From contig NC_134035.1 of the NCBI RefSeq assembly GCF_964204645.1, positions 8,650,451 to 8,714,450 on the forward strand: 64,000 nucleotides of DNA, given 5' to 3'. The position numbers and the translations under genes are program-made. The notes beneath the pieces are model-generated. The model ran no database searches and was not told the DNA's origin. It was given only the letters and a program-made list of their open reading frames with translations. Shown here one piece after another: positions 21,182-34,202 of the stretch; the stretch's first letter is position 1, and each line of letters starts with the position of its first letter. The stretch comes from Tubulanus polymorphus. Its lineage: Eukaryota > Animalia > Nemertea.

Positions 21182-24100
21182 ATGGATTGGAGAATTTACG
21201 CAGGTCTGCTGTTTTGGCTTATCAATATAACAGCTTGTAGTGGAAGTTACAACGGTAAGTTTCTTTCGCGTTATAAGACCGAGGAAATGTTTTTGAAATT
21301 ATCCGATTTGTCAAAATTACCATAGTACTAAATGTCTAAATGTATTATTTGCAATGTTGGCTTGTGGAAGATCATACCTGGATATATAGGTCTTATCAGG
21401 ACCAGAATGAATGGGCAGCTGATCTAGCCATAATGATCTAGCCATGATCTACCAGCCATGCCCTGTTAGAGTTGACTCAGCAGTTTTAGAATCAACCCAC
21501 TTTTCATATATTCAACTCTTAAGAATAAAATCTTAACCGGAAAAGTCCACCTTTATTACTAAGAATTGAGGTAGTCGCTCCAGCCACGATGGGGTTCCTT
21601 AATGTCAAGTTGGATCCAATGACCGAGTCATTGCCTAATACAATTTGTAGTAAACTTTTTGAAAAAAAAACGTGTAGTGAATAATGTTTCCTGTCAAATC
21701 AGATCAGTTCATTTTCCTTCTCATAATTTTCTGATGTCTATTACAATTTGACTTGAGAGCATTTACAGTGGCCTAGCTCGGTCATTTTAGCGTTACATAT
21801 TTGATAAGATATTAGGACCAGAAAGCACTGGCAGTGTTGACCTATAAAACATCGTTTTCTAATCCATTCTTCACTTTATTGAAGGATTGCAAAAATTCTT
21901 CATTGAAAGGAATAGATTTCAACTGAAGTTTGGTACGTAAGGATGGAAACATATTGTTAAATTTCAAATCATGGAGTAACTTTTCTCTTTTCAAACCTTT
22001 CAATGAAGACTTTTTTGATATCCTTCGATACAGTTTAAAGTGGATTAAAAATCAATGTTTTGTGTAAACTGTCAGTGCTTTCTGGTCATAATAAGACTTT
22101 TATCAGGTATGTACCACCAAAACTGACTGGACTATAGGCCACCTGATGTGCTATCAAGTCAAGTTGAAATTGACATAAGTCAGTTACGTGTAAACTAATC
22201 AAATAATATTTGCACAACAAGATCAATTTGACGATTTTTTCAAAACTGCTGACACGAAAATACCGCCCCTGGTTATTGGCATCTTTTTCTATGGATGAGT
22301 TTCAGTTTCACTTTGGGTTTCGACCTATTAATTAGCCAGTTTTCCATTTGATGAGGAGGCAATCCATTTAACAACACTGCTCATTGACTCAAAACGTTCC
22401 GTTCATGATTCCGTGTGTATCGTGTTTACAAACGCAGCAAAGAGCAGGTTTACTACTAACAAGACCATCATGCGAAAAAAAAAACTGTTGAGTCCGCCAT
22501 CTTTAAATCGTATCAAATAACGTCCAGAGGCGATATAATGATTTGATAAAATCGACCTGAATTTGATGCCGCGTTAAATTAGAATTCAGACCATAATCAA
22601 ATTTGATTTGACAGGATAAATTCGCCTTTAGGTCTCTACCACCCTGCCCCCACCAAAATAAAGAAAAGTCAACTCCAAAGCCACTACATCCTAAAAGATA
22701 CAGGCATCACATGCAGTCTCGCCTGATAAATTACCGCGTCAAAAAGTCGTTATTTCCTCTCATTTCCATCGGTTTTAACGAGATCGCTTACAACGAAATA
22801 TCCGATAGAAAAAAACGGAAGTTTGTGCCCCAATAGCAATTTTCATCGGTGACAACGTAGTTCCACGAGGCCACGGAAGAAAATATTGATCAATCGACCT
22901 CGCGTGTTTAATAGTACACAGCGCATTGTTTTATATATCGATGTTCCCGTAGTTTCAGTCGACGCCGTAACAAAACATACACTTTTTCTGTTCATATTGT
23001 CTGTAATGGCGCCTCACAAACGCATGCAGATTGACCTGTCCACCAAGTCACCATGATAGAATTGGTCGATGAAGGAACAAGGTGGAGTGCATATGAGTTT
23101 TTTGGGGGGAATTTGATGAGTAACAACTACCGGAAGTGACGTCGTTAAGATTTATTTCTGAACGTTTGAAAAAATTCATCAAAAAATGATATATACATTC
23201 ACTTGGAACAATCTTTGAAAACTGTAGGTTCTAAAACCTACAATTTAAGTAGAATAGCCCGTACACTCAGACTTGGCAGATAATGAGTTTATAATCGGCT
23301 ATATACAGAATTCAAAAGATTAAAATCGAATTATATTAATCAAGAATTAAAATCAAAAGGAACGAGAAACGTCGAATGCTCGAATTTAGTTTTTTCTCTT
23401 AAATCATGGGGTTTTGAATAAGGTACTTCGTAATTCTTGATAACATCGTTACTTACTAACTTAAATTCACCCTCAGCCACGACGAAATATCTTTAATCAA
23501 CTTATTTAGATCAACAATGCGTTATTGGGGATATCATTTTTCAAATAAATTTATCTTATACATTGTGCTGATACTGCTGACTAAATTATGAATTTTGCGT
23601 ATGAAAATCAATTTCAGTAAACTGGACGATAGCTGTACACACTGGAGACTGGAATTTTGCCGGGTTTACTGGCCATGTTTCTTTGAAGATAACCGGAAGA
23701 AATAAAGAAGCAAAGACGATAGATCTTATAGATGTCACATTTACGAGGAACGCATACTTGGTGAGCTCAATGCACGACGCGAACATACTAATCCCTGAAC
23801 AGGTGGTATTGAAAGTGGAATCCCATTACAGTGCGACTGATAAAGGATGGGTGCCAAAAAAGGTAGGATGCATCCGTTTGCTCTCATAAATGTATCTATT
23901 TATGTAAATTTTCATTTCATTTTTCATTTATTGTTCACAAAGAAAATTTGCAATGAACAATTACAAATACATTCAGATTCAAAAATAAATGCGGTACCGA
24001 GTTATCATATATAGATTAAATTTGGTTGCAGCATCGACATTGGAGTCGTTGGGGATACGGTTTACATATATAAAGAGGGGTTTTCCACTAGACACGGGTA

Positions 24101-25287
24101 CAGACTTTAATGAATTTACACCAATTGATTAGTGTTTTCTTTTGTTTTACGTTAAACAGTTTGTTCAAGTTATGGGTAGTTGGATTTGTCCAAAATTTAG
24201 AGGGGATCAGTTTGTTTCTATCGGTCGTGAAAAAGTTGCATTCCAGGAGAAAATGTCTTTCATTAAAGCCGATCATAAATACGTTGATTAGGGTGATCTG
24301 ATCTTTGACAGAAAAACCTGCTTATTCACAAATTTTCATTCCACATTCTGTCTAGTGGAAGTTCGATATCGCGGTCCGATCATTTCCTATTTTTGGAGAC
24401 AACGACTATCGATGTTCAGACATGAATGATGTAACTTTACTGCCGAATGAAAGAGACGCCATTTTTTCGATGCGATTTCCGGGAATCCACCGCTTATATC
24501 ATGAAGCCTTCAATAGATGGCAGCACATGATTTATACTGATGAAAAAATGCAATCCGACGAAGACTTATTGCTTGCGAGTTTACTAAATGCAAGCTTTAT
24601 TTAGACCCCACCATGAAACTTGCGTGAAACGTTCCTTACAGAAAACATGATTCCGATAGAATTATCAGATTACCTAAAGATCACTTAGATCTACATAATG
24701 CGCCATTTTGTATTTTTGTTACTGTGGCAAGCGAACAATAATTTCTCAAATTCTCAGCATGAGGTACGAAATTCGTGTCACGACTGATCAGAGTTTATTT
24801 AGCTAATTTTGTTGATCAGAAGACCGAAAATTGAGATAAAAATTACTTGAAAATTATGTCATTTTGATCAAGTTCGCCTGATATCTCGGTGGCGCCATCT
24901 GACGGGAAAGCTGGTGAGCCGGTTCCCCATTGAGATGTTAACCCTTTTTTCGATAGATTGAATTGATGAGATATGTGGACGGAACCAAAGTCACTTATAC
25001 ATTCAATTGTGAAGAAGACTGGATGTATAGCGGTGATGAGCAGATACTATCTTATCCAACTGTCACGCCCCCTAGTAAGTATTGAACATTAAGGCGGCCA
25101 TCTTGGATCTCGTGTAATTTGGAATAAATATCAGTTGCCACATGTGTTTATAGGTCAATTGCCGCTTTGCTTTGTGTGAAAACTAAAAGAAGCACATTCT
25201 TTTCAAATTGATTCATATTTTTTTCAAACATAGATTTTAAAGTTCCCACCGTGCAGCCGACAGAGGGCATTACTACATCGACAAAGG
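21182..25287 (+). CDS. Secreted PLAT/LH2-domain protein with Thr/Pro-rich tail (3' end unresolved)
   Basis: Exons 21182-21254 (signal peptide MDWRIYAGLLFWLINITACSG), 23618-23862 (VNWTIAVHTGDWNFAGFTGHVSLKITG...FTRN...GWVPKK), 24957-25074 (YTFNCEEDWM) and 25234-25287 (PTVQPTEGITTSTK) are in frame with GT-AG junctions. Typical PLAT motifs TGD..AG, W and F.C..W are present. Confidence 0.82.
21730..22183. repeat. Old long imperfect inverted repeat (foldback element) in PLAT gene intron 1
   Basis: Arms ~21730-21910 and ~21997-22183 are reverse-complementary (e.g. GACCAGAAAGCACTG / CAGTGCTTTCTGGTC). Confidence 0.6.
23905..24320 (-). mobile_element. 3' fragment of a non-LTR retrotransposon (RTE-X/L1-like C-terminal zinc-knuckle region)
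   Basis: ORF remnant ERHFLLECNFFTTDRNKLIPSKFWTNP...LINWCKFIK, followed by AATAAA and an (AATGA)n tail. Confidence 0.55.
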
Positions 25288-26689
25288 GTATGATATTAAT
25301 TTCGTTATATAATCGTTCATTGAATCATTCCTTTCTTTCCTCCTTTCCTTTCCTCCGGTGTGTTCTCCACCAGTGTTTTGCTGTTGGGTCTATCGTGTCT
25401 TGCACCTTGATGATTTGACCATTCCTTCCTCCGTCTACTTTGTTCTCCCAACCTTCCAAAATCTTCTACGAGTTAATTGACACCAACACTTGTTCTGTTT
25501 TTGATCATATTTTGCTTTCCTTATTTACTATCACTACTAGTTACATTCTCTATCTCCTCGCTTCACATCTTTCAGCTTCGAATCACTGTTTCCTCTTTAT
25601 TTGAAAATATCGATCTCATTGGCGCCTTGTATCAAAATTACCAATCCGAGCACGGTATAACCACATCTACGAAATACCAGGTAGGTGGTAATCTTTTTCA
25701 TATACATATTCATTCCATGAACCATTACCTAAAAATACCGTTACATCGGTAAATACGAGTAACATACAATGCACAGGGAGCGTTAAGCTCATAGGGTGTA
25801 CTAATTGACCATAACCTTCATTTTAGCGGTTACTTTCAATAAGGGATGCGATGAGAGTAATCAGTTTTACAGTTTAGCCAATTTTGGAGTGTACTGAATA
25901 TACAAGTAATCAAGAGTAGATTAATTGATTAGTCCCTTGATGTAATGGTTGTTGAAGTGTTGGTTTTTAAAGTGTAGGTAGTCATATTATCATATTCAAA
26001 TTAAACCACGCCCTCTTACTAAGACATTTCTTGAGAAACCACGTTGCTGCGTCCAGCTTTGACGAAATCGTTTGGTCAAAGTTGCTGAATTGGCTTCAGG
26101 TTTCTTGATGAGGGAAGATAACAATTCCAACATCATGAGGAGTTTTGTACGAAATACGTTCCTCAAATAATTATTTTTTTTATAAGAATGATATTCATCC
26201 TCGATATGGAACAAGAATTCGTGGATGAATCAATAAAATGATTATTTGGGGACCATTTTCAAAGTTGATAAGTTCGACCTCGGTGAACCCGGAAGTGTGA
26301 CGTAACTTACAGAACAACAACATCAACAAACATGGCGAGCGATTCAATCCACAGCTCTAGTTCGAGCGATGAAATCAGCGAGAGTTCGGTGTCCGAGGCT
26401 TAGTGAAGTTGATGATGGGGCACCGTTGAAAGATGAGACATTCGTTCTCGAGCACCACGTTTGAGCCTGATATGCGCCGACTGACGAAGGGGATGATTCG
26501 ACGAGAGGGTCTGATGAGAGTCGAGTGGCGTTTGCAAGTTGATCGCGTGGTACATAGGTAAGTCTTTACAGTTTAGGAAATCTTGAAAGACATGATAATC
26601 ATTATTTGGCATCTTTATCGTCGGTGTGTTTGACGGTTATTGATTAATATATTCAAGTACGTGTGTAAGAGCTCTTAATACTTATTCGT

Positions 26690-26985
26690 ACTATAACGAG
26701 TTTGTACCTGTCAGACTTCTACGTTCTGCTATTATCAGGAGAGACTGGTTATTGTTCCTATTTTCCGTTTGTCTTCATATGGTGGTACAGCAGCATTATC
26801 TAATACATATGCTCCCAGACTGAGGAATAACCTTTTAGCGGACATACCGGACCACATGTCTTAGACTTGTGATTCATTCAAGCATTATTCTCAGAACGAA
26901 CGTCTTATTTCGTGCTTGTTTCTTTTCTATAGAGGAGAGCATTCGAAATAAGGAGCCTTTATTATTTTTCATCACTATTATCATA
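26690..26985 (+). mobile_element. 3' fragment of an L2/CR1-group LINE
   Basis: Homologous to 42597-43190 (TTCTGCTA..ATCAGGAGAGACTGGTT...TCATATGG...ATATGCTCCCAGACT); ends in an ATT/ATC-rich tail. Confidence 0.6.
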
Positions 26986-27551
26986 AGGGGTTGAATATGG
27001 ACGCTCACTTGCACAGCTTGAAGCGTGTCAATTTCATTTCAATTTCCTTTATTCATTCGTCAATTAAAATGTTTTGATAATGGAGAAATGTTTAATAATT
27101 CACCTACATCGATATGTTGTCCCACTTAAAGTACTGTTTTGTTTATCCGCGATACTTTGTATTGAATTTACGCATGAGGAGACACGGACTCTATCGTATA
27201 TCTATACTACTAGTGCCTGTCGTAACAATGAACAGTATCATGGCTGACTGCAGCGAAAACGATACCAGCAGCAACACTCAGCAATACTTATTCAGACTCT
27301 GAGCGAGAATCAAATTGTGAATTCGACGATGAACACCCTAACGTTGAAGTTGGTCTCATCGATTTAACGACAAATTGAGATTTAGAATTATTGTTCATTC
27401 ATAGTGTTATAGTTTTAATGAAACGATTTGACAATTATTAGTATGATACATCTTGGAGTCCTACATGATCGGACATTGAACACAACCGTGACATTAAATA
27501 TTCACGTACAGTAATTCTGAAATTCGAAGATCTTACATACAATATGCACAT

Positions 27552-27761
27552 CAGTGGAACCTCGTTATAACGAACTCGGATACAACGATTCATCGGATAT
27601 GGCAAATACAGAATTTCGTCCCAAGTAAGACAATTCAATCAATTTCACACCGGATTGAACCATGTGAACTTTCCGTTTTAGAGTCCATGATATAACGAAC
27701 GAGCGGTCATAACGAACACATTGTCTGGTCTCGTGAGATTCGTTGTAACGAGGTTCCACCG
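27552..27761. mobile_element. Tc1/mariner (pogo/Tigger-like) MITE
   Basis: TIR CAGTGGAACCTCGTTATAACGAA / TTCGTTGTAACGAGGTTCCACCG, with TA on the right flank. Confidence 0.72.
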
Positions 27762-30700
27762 TAGTTCATCCGGAAACTAAAGAAAAGAAAAGATTGACAG
27801 ACGTGCGGACAGGGCGATCCCTTTGGGCAATACGCAGCTCGATTCGGGCCACTAACTGGAAGGGAATTGCGAAAATTGATTTTCAACTGCTTCTTCCTTG
27901 GGAGGGCGCGGGTATGGCTGACAAACTAAAGGACTCATCGGCATTATCAGAAAACGTTACATATAGAATCGAGATCACAGGTATAAAAGTTGGTAACCTA
28001 AGTCCAAACAATGATACCTCGTTCCTCATTTCCGGTCGGTGCGAAAATCGTCGGGTTAGAGATCCAGTAAAATAAAAACCTGCCGGTCGGGTGGCTTAGA
28101 ATTTGATCTCGTTTTATAAAGATTAAATTAATACCGTTCGGGTGGGTGTCGGAATAAGTCTTTTTGTCGTTTCTTTGTTCATATCATCGGGGATCGAACT
28201 TAAGGATAATAATAATACTTACAGTCCTTTTCAAACTCATAGAAAATATAGCATTATATATCGCAGCAAGGTTAGTTCTGAACAAGATACAATGTAAAAA
28301 AACTAATGGATCTGAAGTAATTTTATTTAATTGAATGTTTGTATTAAATGCATTCGTTGACCGACTCTACAAGGATATTTGAACATTTTGATAGGAAGGC
28401 GGTCCAGCAAACTATGAAACGCCAGAAAATTCGCATCAAGATTTTTTCGAAATTTGAATACAATTGCCACACATCTTCATGTTTTTAGAAGCAAATTGAT
28501 AAGATCCATGCTCAAATGATCAACCTAGGCTAACATAAACTAAAACAAAAGATACTTATCAAAAATCTTATCCAAGATCTTTCTTTTACAAGGAAAGTGC
28601 CCCGTTTTACGATGAAACGAACCGTTTTCTTGAAGTAGAAGTGTTGCTCGCGAACAACAAATAAATGGAAAAATCGTGATTGAAAGATGTTCAAACGTGC
28701 AATAGGAGACTACTCTACCAGTCTGGATGGTGTCTCCTAATGTGTAGATTTATTCAATTCGTTCTAGCCTACTCCTGGATCGGACATGTAGATTTATAGT
28801 GCAAAAATCAAATGTGTGAGAAATATATCATTGGATTTTACTTTTACACTGACCATTTTGTTTATAGTAATGGATTGTGGTGACGAGAAAGTCTGATAGA
28901 TGGCGAATGAGTACTCATTGGCATTCGTCGCGCATATCTGAACTTGGTATGATCTCGAAGAGCGTGGCATGTAGATGTCGGTTTTTTAGTGATAATTCTT
29001 GGATCGCCATCAACTTCTAATCGTTTTCATCTGTTTTGCCCGTTCATCATTCCAACGGAACCTGAGGAAGGCCACAAATGTCTAATTTACCTTTCGCCTG
29101 ATATATGGATCGAACATTTTTCATCGCGCGAATTAGAAAGCATTTTTTTCAAAATTGAAATCAATTTTCCCGAAAAGATCTTTTGGTTCCCGAAACCCAA
29201 ATATGCAATCGGTTTCCTGCGGGGTCCCCATATCCTGAACTCTAAAATCTGAATAGCAAGATGCAGAAATGAATGAGTCATTGAGATTAAGAATCTCTTT
29301 TCCTACTTAGATTGGATTCTGAGGACAGATGTTGCGAATTTTGATGTATTCCGAATGCCCTTATATAAAGTTGTACCAAATCTGGATTTCCATAAATATC
29401 CTTATACCGGTATCAATTCATTTCATTGAAAATTCTCATGACCTCCGTGTTTTTTATTTCATTTTTATCGTATATTTTTATCGCGTTTCCGCTCGGCTGC
29501 GACGGGATCATCTATTCATTGACCATCTGTGAGTGCGGTTCGGACAGACGACCAAAAACCTACAAACAACCTTTTCTCCATACATAATCCGTACTTACAA
29601 ATCACCCTTCATAAAAAGGACAATATGTCCGTCGGTTATGTACGCAGAAGATCGCAGACTGTCCAGTTTAACACTGACCTCAAACTCGATCAATGTATGA
29701 AAACACTTTTGTATCCGGGCGATGGAAAAGTACGGCGAATTGAACTATCGACAATGAAGTTTGTGTTAAGGCACGCGTTGGTAGCCGTTAATCCTGACGT
29801 TTTTAAAATTCGCGCTAATCTAGCCAATAATTCCACTCGAGCAATTAACATGTCGCCGGAGATGCGCGAGTTTTAATGCTGGAAGAAAATGAGATTAATC
29901 GTATGCGATGGAGAAAGGGCTAATTTTCCGCTAGATTAACGCAACCAGGTGCCCGATAACTCGGGTCAGTGTTTTATGCTAATTCCGGACGGTATCGCCT
30001 GCTGTCCCGGCTTGTCCGAACCGAGTCGTTGCCTTCGACTCAGCTTTCACTAACTCTTCCGCCTGATCAGATCTTTTATCCGCTGATAACAGGATCATAT
30101 TCGGAGGAGGGCCGGAATCGACGTTTCTAAGGGGAATACTGGACCTCTGGTAACGTTTTTTTTCCATACAAAAGACGATCGACCACAAACTCCTGATCTA
30201 TTGTAGCGATTGAGTGAGTTGTTTTTTACCTCTCCGACTATTAATTGGTTTATCTTGTAATGAGAAAACATTGTGCCCCGTGATTTCTAGCTGCGAGCTA
30301 GACCGCAGATACCCCACGACGTTTTGTGTCAATCGAATACGAAATCGCAGAAATAGAACTAATGATTATTTTTTCAGTTTACCATAAATAGAATAACGGT
30401 TTGTTCGGAGTTATCATTAAAACCTGGTCCGGATAGAAGTAATTGTCTAGTGTCAATACCAGTCCGTCAAGTTTGACGAGCGAATGTCAATCAACGAAAG
30501 CGAGAAAACATTCGAATGTGACAGAAAGTGATCGGTTGCCGAGTGGTTAATAGTCGAGTTTGATTGCTGCAATAATTCCACGTCCATTTATTTTCACTAA
30601 ACGGTTGTCAACGAGCGTCCGTTTGACCGTCGCATTCCGTTTTCAAACCGTCAGCAGATAGATCTGATAGATATGTAAATACCGCGATGATGACAGATAG

Positions 30701-32012
30701 CACTGGTCATTTATTATCTGTTGACCGCTGGTCATTTTAATGTTTCGCCGTTCGTGGCCCGACATTGTGTACGAGGAAGCTGATACAAACGTTAATCCCT
30801 GGGGCCGGTTTTATTAGCCAGTTTTAGCACCGAGGTTATCTTGGTCGAATATTGACTGGGTCAGATTAAAGCTGGTCTTAAAAACCGAACTCTGGCCTTT
30901 TCTAAAAAATCTTGCACAGCATTTAGAACCCAAGGAATTGTTTTTAATACTGCATCCATTTACATGATTTTGATAGGGCTTTATCTTTGGTATCTGAATT
31001 CCAAATATTGGGATCATTTCACTGCGAGATATGGAGTAACATAAAGCGAACAGGGTCCTCTTGTGGTCCTCTCATGGTCCCCTCACATTGTTCCCACGTT
31101 TCCTGTATCTATTGTAGCTCCTGAGAGCCGATCACCAGCAGGTTACCATCCATACAAGAAAAAACTAGCCATGCCCGGATACAGACTAACACGTCTGAGG
31201 TCCGATGACATATCCTGGTATCAGAATGACAAGTGTACAAAGCCTGACGCACACACGAGTCGTCACACCACTCCAAGAAATCCCCAATTAACACTTTCAC
31301 AATGGGAGAAATCTAAAAAAGAATGGACTCGCTACTTTCATGTGTGTGCGTGTGTACGTGTGCGGTGTGGTTTTATTCTCTTCAATTAACGGGCAGACGA
31401 TTGGATTCTGTCTCTCGAGCAGATATTGACGAGATTAAATAAAGCGGAAAAGCGATTTCTTACTGGAAACTGAAGAGAGATCGGTCATCAATTGTCGAAA
31501 TGAATGCGAGATATGAACAAAAAATACGGTTGAGCTACGTCGGAAAATGAAGCGCGCGATCGTTTTTCTCGCGTGTGGAGTTTAACTTAGCGGAAGTAAA
31601 GCGAGAGACGAATGGCTCAATCACAATCGTCAGTTTCTTTTTTGTTTTGTTCTAATTCGTCGTATCGATTCGCAATGAAATGAGCCGCGATGAACGCGAT
31701 TTCATGTTTCCACACAGAGGTCGCCGTGAACGATGACCGCAAATAATATCGGTCGTTTCTCAACCCCAAATGATTAGCCCCAGCAACGCCCGAAACTAAT
31801 CAAGTCAAACGCGTTTCTCGAGAACAACAATAACACGATTAAACAATGCTGCAACTTTTTTCTTGATAAATACAACAAACCTCGACTATTTTTTCAACCG
31901 ATTAAATTCCCTTCCTTCGTCATATTGAAGAATCTCTGAACTGCATGTACGACTTAATATGTTGTTAGATCGGTGAGTCGGGAAACACCGTGTCCTGCCC
32001 GAATACGTAACA

Positions 32013-32085
32013 TGGTTGCACTGGTTTTGGAACCCACGACCTCTCGGGTGTGAGCCAAACACCCTATCCACCGAGCCACGAAGAC
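32013..32085 (-). pseudogene. tRNA-Val(CAC)-like pseudogene or SINE head
   Basis: A box TGGCTCGGTGG, anticodon arm TTGG-CTCACAC-CCGA, B-box-like GGTTCCAAAACC; the acceptor stem does not pair properly. Confidence 0.55.
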
Positions 32086-33194
32086 AAGACAAGCTCAGAA
32101 AAACTGGGACCAGCAAAATTGGCCTCCTAGGTAAGCGTAGACCGAGTAAGAAATAGGAAAATACATTAGGAAGTCCGAATTACTATTCAATGTTTGTCCA
32201 ATTTACTCCAAAGTCGGAGTTGGACATATCCTATAGCAAGGCGAGGTTTGACCGTACTCTTGAGTTCAGAATAGTGACTGGTGATATTTTGATGAAAATC
32301 TTCGAATAGAAATTAGTCCTCTGTGAGTTAGGTGTCGACTCGAACCTATGGCCAGCAGGATCTGTTTCATAAGCCGTGATCGGATCGGGCCCGAGCCAAA
32401 TTTGGCCAGTGCCTAATTAGAGAGCGCGTTCACATTTAAACCACTCACTCGATACTAAACAATACTCAAACGAAGCTAAGTGAGTCTTTTCCGGAACCAG
32501 TTGCAATTCAAAGGCGATCATTTTTTGTCCCGTGCTAAAATGTGACTCGGGCCTGGTCGAATTGGGCCAAATTTGGCAGGGGTGAGCCCATTTGGCACCC
32601 ACATGAATAGTTGCGGCCCAAAACGCTTGTGTGATCACGGCTATAGATACATACCTTATTTTTCAGTCGAACTATGATACCGATCTTACTCTGGCCCCGG
32701 TACAACATTCTGCCTTACCTTGTCTCACGTATCGAACCAGGCCGTAAATGACGAAATATCCTTTTATCAACAAGTTCACTAAAATAAAGCACTAAAAAAT
32801 AAATAAAGCACTAAAATAAAATAAGATTTGTAGCTATCAAAAGCTGTTGCTTCAGAAATAAAAGATAAAACCTTATAATATTGAAAACGAAATTCAATAT
32901 CACAGCCTGATGATGTTCATAAATTTCAAACGGCGAATATTTGGCATCGCAGCCAGAATTATTCGCATTAAACAGTTGAACGATTCTTATATTAACTGAA
33001 TTTAAAGATATCGACTATTTATGAAGCCGCGATAAGGCACGAGGGTGAACCCTTTATTATAAATCTAGACGAGATAAAACCTCCATAAACGAGTAGAGAA
33101 TACAAGAAACTTAATCTAATTTGATTCGCGCCGAGACGAGTGTATTAGAGAGATCTTTAATATATGAGCTAGATTTGAAAAGAGATTTTCGTGG

Positions 33195-33310
33195 TGAGAG
33201 AGGCAGAGGCAGAGGCAGAGGCAGATGGAGAGGGACAGGCGGAGAGGGACAGGCAGAGGGACAGGCAGAGGAAGAGGCAGAGAGAGAGGCAGAGGGAGAG
33301 GGAGAGAGGT
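33195..33310. repeat. GA-rich compound microsatellite (GGCAGA)n/(GAGGGACAGGCA)n
   Basis: Directly visible polypurine-rich tract. Confidence 0.9.
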
Positions 33311-33945
33311 GTTTCTTTATGATGCCTCAAGAGTGAATTCACTTCTTCGCGTGTCTACGGGCAGCGTAGTTAAACCGTCATTAATAAACTACTAATCGCT
33401 CCGTGCGTGAAGTCAGAAAACCATACGACAACCCGCGGAACGTGGCTTCCCTCAATTCAGTGAACACGGATAATTCATAATTATACAACATTAAACAAAC
33501 TATCAATACGAGGATGGTTTTAAACCGCACGTATATATTTAAGTTCGTATATGAAACGGTTTTGGTCGGCATGGACCTCCGCCGGTTGCTATATGATTAG
33601 CCCGGCGGGTCGTCTGTTCGACTTTCGAGAATACAAAAAAAAACATACACCGTTGAATTTACATTTAAATACGACGCGCGATGATTTATAGAACATTGAT
33701 GAACTATCAAAACGCATTTTAGCGGCAGAAACAACGATAGTCGTTTATTGGAAGATGAAAGATAATCTCTGTTTCGTATTGTTTTGCGTAGTCAAAAAAT
33801 GTAATTAATATCATTATAATTGATATCGATATGACTTTCAAAATCTGAGTTTCGATTCCTTCCAAAAATATGGAAATGCTCCGAATGCTTCGATATAGGG
33901 TCCCAGTTCCATTGCCGTTGACTCTCCGTCGCAACTACTAATACA

Positions 33946-34202
33946 GGAACCAGAGCCACAGTAAGTTGTGGGTTTGAGTTAACTACGAGCTAATGTGAAA
34001 CGATTCAGTTGAACAGTTCTGCAATAGATTTCGCTAAAGAGTTAAAACATCGAAAATCAGCCAATTTCCGACTAATTTCAACTGAGATTGAACTCTAACT
34101 CACAACAGTTAGGAGTTTAAGTTAATGAGTTGAAATCAGTTGATTTTCAATGAGATAACTTTGAGTCAAATATTAACTCGTAACTGTAGAACTGGATCCC
34201 TG
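33946..34202. mobile_element. GAGTTA/TAACTC-repeat MITE family (other copies ~35560-35675 and ~58184-58292)
   Basis: Shared end ACTGTRGAACTGGATCC-CTG and internal TTAACTCTAACTCAC repeats. Confidence 0.6.

Noticed and set aside
25965-26600. Promoter-like CCGGAAGT/TGACGT followed by MASDSIHSSSSSDE..., resembling a transposon accessory-gene start
   Set aside because: Stops after ~23 codons; no matching TIR pair or recognisable domain found.
29767-29786. miR-124-like sequence TAAGGCACGCGTTGGTAGCC (also TAAGGCACGAGGGTGAA at ~33033)
   Set aside because: The 3' halves mismatch a nearly invariant miRNA and there is no complementary star arm forming a proper pre-miRNA hairpin.
29529-29876. 115-aa ORF, and other 60-140-aa ORFs between 27 and 61 kb
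   Set aside because: No recognisable motifs or consistent splice chains; many start at non-ATG codons; lengths are compatible with chance.
32907-32940. CTGATGA followed by a weak stem
   Set aside because: No correctly placed GAAA or cleavage triplet.
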